Assembly (NCBI GenBank): GCA_964188305.1
Contig: OZ076888.1
Origin: Podarcis bocagei
Taxonomy: Eukaryota
Length of the DNA stretch: 64,000 nucleotides
Strand: one strand, 5' to 3'
Shown: positions 12,557-24,507 of the stretch, piece after piece
How positions within the stretch are numbered: the first letter of the stretch is position 1
Layout of the letters: the number at the start of each line of letters is the position of its first letter
Notes under the pieces: model-generated
Told to the model about the DNA's origin: nothing
What the model saw: the letters and a program-made list of their open reading frames with translations, nothing else
Database searches by the model: none
Translations under genes and position numbers: made by a program

Positions 12557-12820
12557 AAGAAGAAGAAGAAGAAGAAGAAGAAGAGTTTGGATTTGATATC
12601 CCGCTTTATCACTACCCGAAGGAGTCTCAAAGCGGCTAACATTCTCCTTTCCCTTCCTCCCCCACAACAAACACTCTGTGAGGTGAGTGGGGCTGAGAGA
12701 CTTCAGAGAAGTGTGACTGGCCCAAGGTCACCCAGCAGCTGCAGGTGGAGGAGCGGAGACGCGAACCCGGTTACCCAGATTACGTGACTACCGCTCTTAA
12801 CCACTACACCACACTGGCTC
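12527..12820 (-). mobile_element. tRNA/CORE-type SINE (Squam3-like) with (CTT)n tail
   Basis: Minus strand begins gagccagtgtggtgtagtggttaagagc (A box), then ccgggttcgcgt (B box-like) and the CORE motif gctgggtgaccttgggccagtcac. It ends in a long CTT repeat ((AAG)n at 12527-12583). Second copy at 63312-63538. Confidence 0.85.
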
Positions 12821-12821
12821 T

Positions 12822-13215
12822 CATGAAACATGAACATGAAAACATAAAATAGGCCTGCTGGATCAAGCCCATGGCCCACCAGGCCCACCGTCCTGTTCTC
12901 ACAGCAGTAGCCAACCAGACGCCCATGGGAAACTTGCAAGCAGGATTCAAGCACTGGAGCACTCTCTGTGGTTTCCAGCAACTGGTTCCAGAAGCATGAT
13001 TACCTCTCTGGCCATGGAGGCAGAACATAGCTATCATGGCTAGTAGACTTCGATAGCCCTCTCTCCTCCAGGAGTTTATCTAATCCTCTTTTAAAGCCAT
13101 CCAAGGTTGGTACCCACCACTGCCCGTCCCCCTGGGAGTAAGTTCCATAGTTTAACTGCACCCAGAATGAAGGAGCACTTTCTGTAATCTGTCCTGAATC
13201 TCCCAACATTCATTG
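12822..13215 (-). mobile_element. CR1 LINE 3' fragment (ORF2 C-terminus + 3' UTR)
   Basis: Minus-strand ORF 13000..13209 contains TLDGFKRGLDKLLEE, typical of the CR1 ORF2 end. It is followed by a CR1-type 3' UTR (ctgctggatcaagcccatggccc on +) and short terminal repeats. Confidence 0.7.
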
Positions 13216-14492
13216 GACATCAGGCTTGCCTCTTCTTTTCCGTTTCAGTAGAGGGCTTGCTACAAACATTATTCAGAACCTGCTGATTCAAAGGATGAAT
13301 TGGTGGCATGGTCTGGAAGGCAAACACACCCCCCCCCTCCTGCTATTTTCATAGTTTGAAAGTAGTGAAGTGACCTGGTCTCCTCCTCCTCCAATCCTGC
13401 TACAGAAGGCATATAATTTTTTCTCTCTTGTTCTTGGTACATGGCCAAATAGTTGAGGGAAGATGGACAGTCGTGCACGATTTCTGCAGGAACAGCAGCC
13501 TCACTATCTCATAGCGATATTTTCTAATTTTGAGAGAAGTTGTTTTCTCACCCAAACAGCAACAACAAACTGCACTGTAATTCCAAAGCTATGGCTTTTG
13601 TAAGAGTGCTTTCAGGCCACATCAAACCATTATCTGCTTTCACATCTATGGTAACTGCATCCCTGATGTAATCTCATTGGCTATTCTTAAGGTACCCAAA
13701 GCTGACTCATAAAGTGTGAGCTTAAAAGCCCACATGAAGAAGTGCTAAGTCTTACATATTAGACTATATGCCTGCAGGCAGGTCTATTGTCCATTTTTTA
13801 AAAAAAAAATCTGTACAGTGCATCACTGTAGGCATAATTTGTTATATGGTGCATTAAGGAACCTCATATCAATATAGGGAATGCACAGTGATAGCAGAAT
13901 ACTCCATCGTCACTGTAAATATGCAGCACATGGGCGAAGCACCATTTTTCGCTGGCAAAATCTTCCCAGACATTTAGTCAATTTCTGCCCAGACACTTTT
14001 TGCAATATTCTGGCTATGTCCAGGAAATTCCAGACATATGGCAACATAAGATGGTTTGGACAAAGCAGCTGTTAAGGCACAGGAGCTCTGGAGTGGAGTT
14101 GGGGAGGGACCACCCTAGCAATAACTTGCTTTCTTATACATCCTCCCAAGGTCTTTTATTGCGTGCTTCCAAATGCCTATCCTTTTGTTTGGAAGGCTGG
14201 CCTCTGTTCTACGTGCAACACAAGTTGACTCATCAGACAGACTTAGCAGTGGCCACCAGATGGCATCACTGAAACATATAGTTTTGAAATACAAATTGCT
14301 CGTGGACATAAAAAATAAAAAGACACCAAATGGAATCCTCTGACACAAACTGTTATTCTTTGATCCCTTGCTTCAGTATTCTCATTCCATCATTATTTTT
14401 GTAAGCATAAAATGTCATGCAAAGACCTTAACTGATTTTAAGGTAAATCCCATGGTGCAGTGATTTACAAAGCCATTATTTGGGGAAAATGA

Positions 14493-14493
14493 G

Positions 14494-14583
<90 letters not shown>
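14493..14583. repeat. Compound microsatellite (TAG)n(TAA)n
   Basis: Directly visible. Confidence 0.95.
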
Positions 14584-17500
14584 GGCCCAGAGCCACAGTG
14601 CAGCTCTGTGACAGCAAAGCCCTCAATTTTCAAAACAATTTGGCTAGTACTTTAGTATACTGTTCTTAATATTAGCACATTTTCATTCAGAATTGTTATT
14701 GAGAAACTATGTAGAAGTACCCAGTATATTCTGTCAACTCAAAAGTGCGCACTTATAGTCTAGGTAATAATTAAAATTAGAAGACAATGTGAGGAATAAA
14801 AAAAGTAAAAATGCATTTTAGGAGAATTAGAAATTAATCTTCATTAAACTTTTGTATATTGATATTGGGGCATCAATATACAGGTCTTAGGCTGCACTCC
14901 TATAGACACTTACCTCAGAGTCTCATCAAAGTTAAATTGGCATGTGTAGGATTGTGCTGTTAGGCTGCAACTCTGTGCAAGTTGAAAGCAGGCTGATCAG
15001 GTAAAAAAGAACACAGGGCACCTGCACCTTTAATAGCTGTATAAAAGAGAGAACTTCAGCAACTATTAAAGATACAAGAGCCCTTTCTCCTTTTTTCACC
15101 TGGCCACCCTGCTTAGAAGTAATTCAACCCAATGGAACTTATTTCCAAATAAGCACCTATATTGTTGTGTTCATATTTCTTTTAGGGAATTAAATATTGT
15201 TCGTATTTTGTATAATGTATATAAACAGCATTTATTCAAATATTGTTATATGGCATGTTTCAAAATACAGAGCCAGCAAGAGCATTTCTGAGCATGTGCA
15301 AGGAATACCTCCCTTGCCATTGAATGCTGACTGCCTACAACATCAAGATCTGAGACGAGAGACAGGGGATTATGCTCAGAGGTTGGGCTTCCAGTCATGC
15401 ACAGGTATGTTAGATATTTAAGGCATAGCAGTCAGTCAGAATAAAGCAGGCCTATGGTCTCATTGATTTTAATGGGAGGTATTTAAGCTATAACTCTCTT
15501 CCACTGAAATGAAATGCTTTGGTTGGATCATGCCAGTAGAGATTAAACACTGACTATATATAACACATGTCATATCTTAAAACAGTTTTAACAAGTGACT
15601 TAAATATTGGCTCAGTGCTTGCTCTACAAGGGATGATAAACTCTGATGCATTTAATAAGATGCTTATGATAAAAGCATACCCGACTAATGCCAGGTGTTC
15701 AAATGATGGACTGAGAAACATATTTTCACTACCGCCTTTTTGGTTTTGCTCTGTGACTGTGTGGGTAGCCAGAAAAAGGGCAGGGTTTCAGCAGCTAGGG
15801 TTTTTACAACTAGTAAAGGGGGCCTGGGAATAGCTCCCTTTCCTGCGCAACTAGTGTGGAGAGCCTGTTTGCAAGTCATTGGTCCCTCAGCCTGCTAGCC
15901 AAAGCTTCTCCTGTTTCTTGAACTTATTTTGGGTAGGGCAGCCAGAAGCAGCATCTCTGTGCATGCCTCCAAGTTGTACAAAGGACTCTGGTAAGTGGTG
16001 TCATGCTTGGGGATGTTTGAGGGGGGTGTCTGATGATTTGGGACAATATTAGCAGATGGCAATGACCTAGAAGGGTGTGCCTTTTTGTGAAAAAAGGCCT
16101 TCAAGATTGAAGCTGTCATTACTGCCCTGTTCCCTTGCTCCTGCCTGCAGTGCCCTGGGATGCCTTTCAGATCTTTCGTCAAACATCTCGTCAAAATCGA
16201 ACAAGGTAGCAAGTGAGTCACATAATTAAATGTTCATCTTCTGCTTAAGCTTTTCATTCAGCGGTGAATCTCCTCCTTTACTGGTTGCCTGTTTCCTGGA
16301 ATTTTAAGCCCTGTGCAGGTTTTGATTAGTCCACCCTTTGTCTCAGACGGCAGCATATGATTCACAGTCTTGATGGTACAGCTGATTGCAAGTGTTAGCA
16401 GTGCAGCAGGCTTGTAAAATGTCAGCTGTTGCACAAAGGTCTAATTGCAGAATGACAATGGCCTCCCCTCCCCTTTAAGTACTACTGTGACCACCACTGA
16501 ACCCTTCCTGCCCCAAACACTTAAGAAAACACAGGAAGGCCAAAACACCAGTGATTTTGCACCTGTGAGACACATATGCTGCCTATTATGGTCTTGACTT
16601 CCTGAAAAATGAAACGCTGGAGATTTTTGCATAACATACTTTCATTAAGAAAAGAAATACGGTCTCTCTTATACAGATCTGATAAAACAGCTGACAACTT
16701 AGCCAGAACCAGGGGGAATGAGAGACGGAGATCTGTACTGAACAGCTCCATATATCCATTCCTGTGTCTTTGGGAATCAGCCTTCCCCAACTGGGTGCCC
16801 TTCAGAGGTTTTGCACTACAATTCCCATGAGCCCCAGCTAGCAGTTAATAAGTATTTTAAATAAAAGCAATAAAATATTTATATAAAAGGAATAACAGAG
16901 TTCACATTCTCCTGGTCATTCTGACCGGTCCATAGCAACCTGGAGCACGCTCAGGGCTGTAAAATTCTGCAAACATGGGTCAACCATTTTAATGCAACTT
17001 GGATTTCTGTAGAGCTTAGTCATATCAGAACTCCTGTTGTTAGTGTCAGCAGGAGATAGATCTGGGCCTCTGTCTCTCGCTTAATTATGGTCTCCTGTAC
17101 AAAATGTTTTGCATTGCAGTAGTTCAGGGATGCTGAAACAATCCTCTGCTTAGATTCAAACTTTAAAGCTGACTTTCTCAGAAGAACAAAGCGGCAGCAG
17201 GATGTAATGAGCATCCAATGATCGTAAATTACTTATTTTATCTCTAATTTGCCCCTTTATTACTTTGTCTTTGTCCTTTCCCCCCCTTTTTTTACAAGGA
17301 GGGAATTCATACTAATATTGCAAATTTAAGGATGGAAGCAACAAAGGCAGTCTTTTGAGGGTTGTTTTTTTTAGCCCTAGCAGGTCTGTCTGGTTCGAGG
17401 AGACTAAAACTGGCATATTTGAAAGGGTCTTATCTGCCAAGATTCAGAATATCAATGTATTTATAAAATATATGATCCAAATACTCTGGATCCACATACT

Positions 17501-18099
17501 TCACACATACACTGTGCAAGTATTATTATTAAATAAAAATGTGTGCTTTATTATTTAAAGAAGAGGTGGCATGGTTTACACTTGCTTCGAAGCCCTTCCC
17601 AGATGTGCAGAAGTTTGTAGGACTGGCTTAGTTGTGAGGAAAAGGTACTCTGTACATGCTCATGGCGTATTTCAGTTTTCACATACAAATAATAATAGTT
17701 CCAGCTTAACAGGAAATTGAAAACAACAATGCCTGATCATAAAAGAGACTTCAGAAACAGTTGCATTTGTAACATTCTGAAAATCATATTACATGGTCAT
17801 AAATTACATGGTGGACATGCTATGAACATCTGGGTGAGAATTAACCTATACAATGTCCTAAATTCCATCTAAATTTCAGGAAATTTGGAAGCCTCCAGCT
17901 GAGGTTTATCTCTGTGGTCTCTGCGGTTCCAAAAAAAATGGCTTGACTGGTTATAGCTGTGCCACCCTGTGCATGTTTACTTGGAAATAAATCCCAGTGG
18001 GTTCAGTGGGGTTTACTCCTCAGTAAATGTGTATACGATGGCAGCCTGAATCCTAATGATGTGATTGCACAGTTTTTAGCTTCTACTAAACTTTGGCTC

Positions 18100-18467
18100 G
18101 GGACGCGGGTGGTGCTGTGGGTAAAACCTCAGCGCCTAGGGCTTGCCGATCGCATGGTCGGCGGTTCGAATCCCCGCGGCGGGGTGAGCTCCCGTCTTTC
18201 GGTCCCAGCTCCTGCCCACCTAGCAGTTCGAAAGCACCCCTAAGTGCAAGTAGATAAATAGGTACCGCTTTATAGCGGGAAGGTAAACGGCGTTTCCGTG
18301 TGCTGCGCTGGTGCCGGCTCACCAGAGCAGCTTCGTCACGCTGGCCACGTGACCCGGAAGTGTCTTGGGACAGCGCTGGCTCCCGGCCTCTAGAGTGAGA
18401 TGAGCGCACAACCCTAGAGTCTGTCAAGACTGGCCTGTACGGGCAGGGGTACCTTTACCTTTACCTT
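18100..18467 (+). mobile_element. Full-length Sauria SINE (lacertid POM-like)
   Basis: Starts gggacgcgggtggtgctgtgg, B box ggttcgaatcc, body gcagttcgaaagc...aagtgcaagtagataaataggtacc, tail (accttt)n. Imperfect 13-bp TSD taaactttggctc (18087-18099) / taagctttgactc (18468-18480). Confidence 0.92.
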
Positions 18468-21400
18468 TAAGCTTTGACTCAATCTTGTTTAGAAGCCATA
18501 TCTTCTGACCCAGAAGCCCAGTCTCCTGATCCCAGATGTGTGGGAAGTACTGTATTTCTCTCTGTGATGAAAGCAATACATTCTGCGCTAGTTCAGAGGC
18601 GCTTTCTTCTTCATTGAATTTTGCAGGCTGAAGACAAGTTCTCTGGCTAAGCCCTGAACCAAATTACATCCCAGTTCTTTTCTTCTTTCTATTCCTCTCT
18701 TGGTTCACATTGCATGGCAAGTAGCCAGAAGCAAAATGGCCTTTGCAGTGAGAGAGAGAGAGAGATAAGAAAACGGAAGCTACAGTTGACTCAGCACTAG
18801 CATTGTGGTTCAGTTTGCTAAAGATCTTGATTTATCTATTGAGCCTAAACATGCCATCCGCTTCCCTCAACTCATCTTTATTTTCAATCTCTGCTGCAGG
18901 AAGAGGCTTTAAAGGCAGATCTATGAAACTGTTCTAATGGAGTTTCAAATAAATGGTGTTTTGGATGTTTTCCATCTGGGTGGTGGTGGTGGTGGTGATT
19001 ACCTGCCCTTCACCCTAAAGTCCCAGGTGGGTTAAAACTATTTAAAATACAACATTAAAAGCAGTCTTAAAATAAAGTATTTTAAAAATACAATAACAAA
19101 GAACAAGGTGGCTCCTGAAAATATACAGGTCAGATACATTCCACAACAATGGACATATATCAGGAAATCTAATGAACATTTGTAATTAACACAAGGACAG
19201 TGATCCAATGAAAGGGTGTTTAGTTCACAAATCTGTCATTTTAATAAATGAACTGAGTAATCCGTTACAATTAAATGAATTTGCATATTACCAAACACTG
19301 ATTATTTGTGCCTTTTGGAGATACTGAAGGGAGTATAAGCGGATATACAATTTGTTGAACAAAAACTGCCATCCATTGTTAGTAGAAAGGCCGCTGTTTT
19401 ATGTTCTTTACTCCTTTTTACAGCAGAAGCAAAATAGCCTCACCATCCCCCCCAAAAAGGAAGAAGTTGAAAGTGCTTAAACTCACAGCTCCAGCAATTA
19501 AAACTTTCCCAGGTTGAAAATTGCCCCGACTCAATAATTTATTCAGTGTAGGTAACTGAGACTGCCATTCCTATGAACACTTAGCAAAAAGTAAATGCTG
19601 TGGGTTTTGGATCTTGCTGCATTCCACTGATAAAACATATTAATTGTTGCAGCCCTAATTACTACTTTCAGCTTCAGAACCCACTGGTATATTTTCACCA
19701 TGTCTTTAAATCCTCCATCATAGGATATTTCACTGACTGTTCCTTCTCTTTGCAGTAAATGTATAAGGGACAGGAATATTAAACCTCTGTCCTAAACAGA
19801 TACTGCTAGACTACCTATCCTAAAGAGCAGCTGTTTGCCTTAGAAAAAGCTGCCCATCCATTCCCAGGCAACTTACTTAGGATTTTCTAATAGCAATGTG
19901 TACATCATCTGAAAATGTCTGGAAGGTGGAAATTACTTGTACGTGCTGGGGACAATGTTCCATTAGCAGCAATTTATTATCCTTAAGAGCCTCACAGGAG
20001 CATTTATTAACACAACAGAACACAGACATTCACAATCTGTTGTAGTATCACATTGCATTTGCCCATTTGTGAATCAGCACTATATTGATCGTTTTATTCC
20101 TAGACCAATCCTTCTATTTCTTAAAATCTGTCCTAAATCCATAGGACCAATTGAGGGAAGGGAGGGTGGTGGGATTAATCCTGTGACAAAATAAATTGCC
20201 GTAATTGAGAAAATACACAAAGCAGGCACATGACATTACCCTTGGTGTTAGTGCTTATAAAATGCATGCGTTTTCCAGCGATATTTTAATTACATTCAAC
20301 TAAGCTAAGGAACAGTTTTCAATTCTATGTAAAAAGCTTTGAGAACTTGTTTAAAAAGCAATATAAACATTCTGTATGAATAAGACTGCAATCCTACACT
20401 TACATGAGTTCAATAGGGTCTGCACTGCAAGTTTCAGGTAGGACTTGCTGCAAGATTATTTGCACCTCCTAACATCAACCACTGGCCTGTGGATGAAAGA
20501 GTATCTGTGTGTGAACGCAAGCAATGTGTACATCCAAACATATTGGCTTGGAGCCTAAGAAAAGTTAACCTCAGGACATTCAGGGAGGTGAAGTTTCCCA
20601 TTCCTCCTTCCCAGCTGCAGGCAGCTGCAAGGCTTTTCAGAGGCTGGGGAGCCCGCCTGAAGAACATGGCAGGAGGTGTCAGGAAGGGCTGCTGAAGTGC
20701 AGAAGGAATGGGAAATGGTCCTTCTGTGACTTAATTTTAGCTTCATTCTGTAAGCTTTCTTAAATTAACTCTGCCCCCCCCAACACGACCCTCAGACATC
20801 TTCCCTTTGTACTGTCTCCTGTCCCTCCTAATTTTTTATTTTAAAATTTATGGGGTTTGCTTTGCTTTTTCTTTATTTGAAGGGGCTGCCTTTGCATGCT
20901 TTTTTGTCTGGGCTTTATTTGTTTTGGGTGGTTATGTTTTCCCTCTTTTTTGGTGGTTCTGAGCATCACCAGTTGTTATTTTGTGAGATAGGTATTTTGT
21001 GGTGCCTTAACAGTTCCTTTGATTTCCAAACAAGTCTCCAAGCCTCTGAAGGTTGGAGATTGCTGAGTTAACTTACCTTAGGATTCAGGTCATTGTCATT
21101 ATACCAGTTTAACTGATATAACTACCCTGGCTTATAGTCTGAAGAAGGCACAGACAATTTCCTCTCAGAGATACTCTTTCCACCCCCATAAAGGATTCAT
21201 TGGAGAGATAATAATGGTTAAGCCAACTGCCATCAAGCCAGTTGTCTGTGGGAAGAGCTGTGTGAAAGAACCAGCCCTGACCTAGACATTGATACCTGCT
21301 CAACTTCTGGGTCAGGTCTGGGATGCTTTGGGGGAAGGGTTGTTCTTGAGTCCTGAACATCTACATGTGAAAGCCCACATTATCTGACACTCTGCACTTT

Positions 21401-22050
21401 AGTCAATGTCTTGATGAAGCATGTTTGCAAGCCTCTGTGGACCTACTGATGCCACCTAGAGAACTTTTATATGTATTAAAAAACAGTATATGAACTTCAA
21501 AGGAATAAACAAACCAGTCACTATGAAAGCCCAGCTAGATCTTATATGGGAGAACTGATATTATATCTTTCCACATTGTTTTCTTTTCCTAAAAGCAAAC
21601 CTTAGGCTGGATTTGCATCAGAAACATGGCACAGAAGAGGTGGTTTGAACCCTCCCCCCCCACCCACCAGAGCCTCCCTATCCAACTCCTAATGTAAGAA
21701 AAAAACATGTAGGGAGATCCAATAGCAGATCTCCCATGTTATGTCTTGTTTAGTCCTTAAGTCTATAAATTTGAATGAATTTGGGAGACTCATCAGTTTT
21801 AAAAGGGGAAATTCAGTATCTGATTCAAGCGAGCCACAATTTTCCCCATGGATCTCATCTGAGATACTCATGTATATACAAAACACAAAACACTGATGTG
21901 TGAGACATAATTATAATCCAGCATGTAATTCACATTTAGCATCGTAGCTGCCATGATGGTGGTGTTTTGGCATTCCTATATTCTTTTGCTTTAACCTTGT
22001 TGCCTTGGCTTATTTATCCCTGATCCTAAATCTCTCTCTCTGTGTGTGTA

Positions 22051-22052
<2 letters not shown>

Positions 22053-22100
<48 letters not shown>
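22053..22100. repeat. (CA)n microsatellite preceded by short (CT)n/(GT)n
   Basis: Directly visible. Confidence 0.95.
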
Positions 22101-22104
<4 letters not shown>

Positions 22105-24265
22105 TCTGTACATGCACTGATTTCTCAGTCTACTTTGTGCATCCAGTTAAGTAGTCTCTTCCCCATGAAAGCTCATGCCACAGCAAATCAATTCATCTCC
22201 AAGTTGCCACTGCACTTTCTGCCTTTTTCGATGCTCATGGAAAGTTTGCTTTGTACCTTTCTTTCTACCTCTGTGCTCCTGACGAAAACTGTTTATGGGC
22301 TGAAGGCAAGATGTGACATTTTCTTTTCAAAGTTCAGGGCCCAGAGGAGCACAGATGACTGTTTCCCTTTCTTAGCTTGCCCAATGCACAGTTAAGCTAC
22401 ATGTGCTTGTCAAATGAACACAGAGGGGTGCACCCTGATGTAGCCAATATTTAACTGAGGAAGCATATTGCTATTTTATTTTTATTTTATTTTTTAAAAA
22501 TGTGGACCGTTGCACACAGGTCATCATGCAAACATAATCACATTTGAAACATAGATCTATAGTTACATCCATTTGTACTTCCACCATGCCTAGAAGGTGG
22601 TATTTACTGCTCGGTGCTTAGAAAACTAAATGCCAAAAGGTTTCAAGAGCAGTGTAAACAGTCAATATAAACACAATTTGCATGTAATGACTGGATTCCT
22701 CTAACCTCAAGCGATGGGAAGATTATTTGTCAGATGCCTTTTTGTGAGAGACAAATTTCCAGAAACAAATAATTAGGTTTGTAACACTGCAGTCAGTGTG
22801 GCTTCTTATTGATTATGAAGCTAAAGCAAAGTTGCCCTCAAGGCTGTGTCAAGTGTTAACGGAATACTAGGTTTGAAAAGACAGATAAAACAATGTGAGA
22901 TTTAGCCTGGTTGTTAGTCGGCTTTTATTTTGCTTGACAGAGCCTCTCTTCTTGTTAGAGTAACGAGACATGGCAATAGAGGCCTTCCTTTCAGGGCGCA
23001 GAATGGGAAGCAGTGTGTGTCTGTGTGTGTATAATGATATAGCCAGCTGCTCCTGAAACCATTGGCCATTAATATTTCCCCATTGAATGGATTGCCTGAC
23101 AAAGTTTAAATGTTGTGTTTTTAAATTCCATTGAGGTTGTTAGTGCTTGATATGATTCCTCGGAAGAAAACTTTTTATGGTGTCAAAAGGATGCAGTGGA
23201 AATAACAAGAATGGGACAATACTTGGCCGCAGCAGAATTTAACAGGAGAAAAGATTGACACAGGAATCCAGACAAGGAGTAGAGAACAGGGGAAATGATT
23301 TGGAAAAGCACTGCACAGGTCAAGAGTCCATGGAATTAAGACAGTCTCTTAGGAATTAAATATAACATACGAGAAATCAGTTCTCTGAGTGCTGGTCCTT
23401 AGCTAGCCACAATGAAAATCACGAGGGGACGTTTTGATAGGGTTGGAGCATCTCCATGGTTTGTAGACCTTTTAAATGATACTATCTTACATTTGGCACT
23501 TTATTTTATTATAATATTGGACTGGTTAAAGGTGTGTTAATCCTGACATGAACTTGTATGACTGCTCTGTATAGTGTTGTGTTATATTCTTTTAAAAAAT
23601 ATTCTTATTACAAACCTGAAATAAAAACATTTTCTCCCAACAAGGGGAAAACTATATCTATCTAAAAACAGCCCAGTGGGCAAGTGATGCTGACTTTTTC
23701 TAAGGGAAAACAGAGAGGTGCGAGGAAGAGATAATGGAACTTAAACATTCCATGCCACAAACATTCTGTTGCAGATCCCACTAGTTCAATACAACATCTG
23801 TAGCGATACAGTTGGGATGTGGAGTGGGATTGCTGACTCCTCATCCTGACTCAGTGATTTTGCAAGGTCAGTTTTGAAAGTTGTTCTAAAATAACAGGAA
23901 ACTTAAGTGGTAGAATTGTGGGTGGTAGTATGTCAGGCTGCAGGTAGACCCTGTATTTTGAACCCTTCCCTGTGTAAAAAGCTTGCTGAATGCAGTGAAC
24001 AGTGGCACCTAAACTATTTTGCTTCATGCAAGGAGAAACTAGTTTTCTAGATTTTGAAAGGTGGGAGCATTAAAAATGCAAACCTCTCCCAAATCTAATG
24101 GTAGCATCTTTATGCCATTTTAATGGAACCATGGAATGAATTGCACATCCACAATAAAGTGTGTGGTATTTGAGAACATTTGTAGAGTTATTAAGGGAAA
24201 ATAAGTTTATCCCTACTGTGTTTTTAATTTTTCAAAGGGTTAATCAGACACACAAAACCAAAATA

Positions 24266-24507
24266 CAGTGGTACCTTGGGTTACATATGCTTCAGGTTAC
24301 ATACGCTTCAGGTTACAGACTCTGCTAACCCAGAAGTAGTACCTTGGGTTAAGAACTTTACTTCAGGATGAGAACAGAAATCGTGCTCCGGCAGCACAAC
24401 AGCAGCGGGAGGCCCCGTTAGCTAAAGTGGTGCTTCAGGTTAAGAACAGTTTCAGGTTAAGAACGGACCTCCGGAACGAATTAAGTACTTAACCCGAAGT
24501 ACCACTG
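24266..24507 (+). mobile_element. Tc1/mariner MITE family A, copy 3
   Basis: cagtggtaccttgggtta ... taacccgaagtaccactg with TA flanks; high identity to copy 1. Confidence 0.9.

Noticed and set aside
12443-12787. ORFs with poly-Lys/poly-Leu/poly-Phe
   Set aside because: Translation of the (AAG)n SINE tail plus TE sequence.
14415-14633. ORF with poly-Ile/poly-Thr
   Set aside because: Microsatellite artefact.
18100-18180. tRNA-like A/B boxes
   Set aside because: Head of a Sauria SINE, not a tRNA gene.
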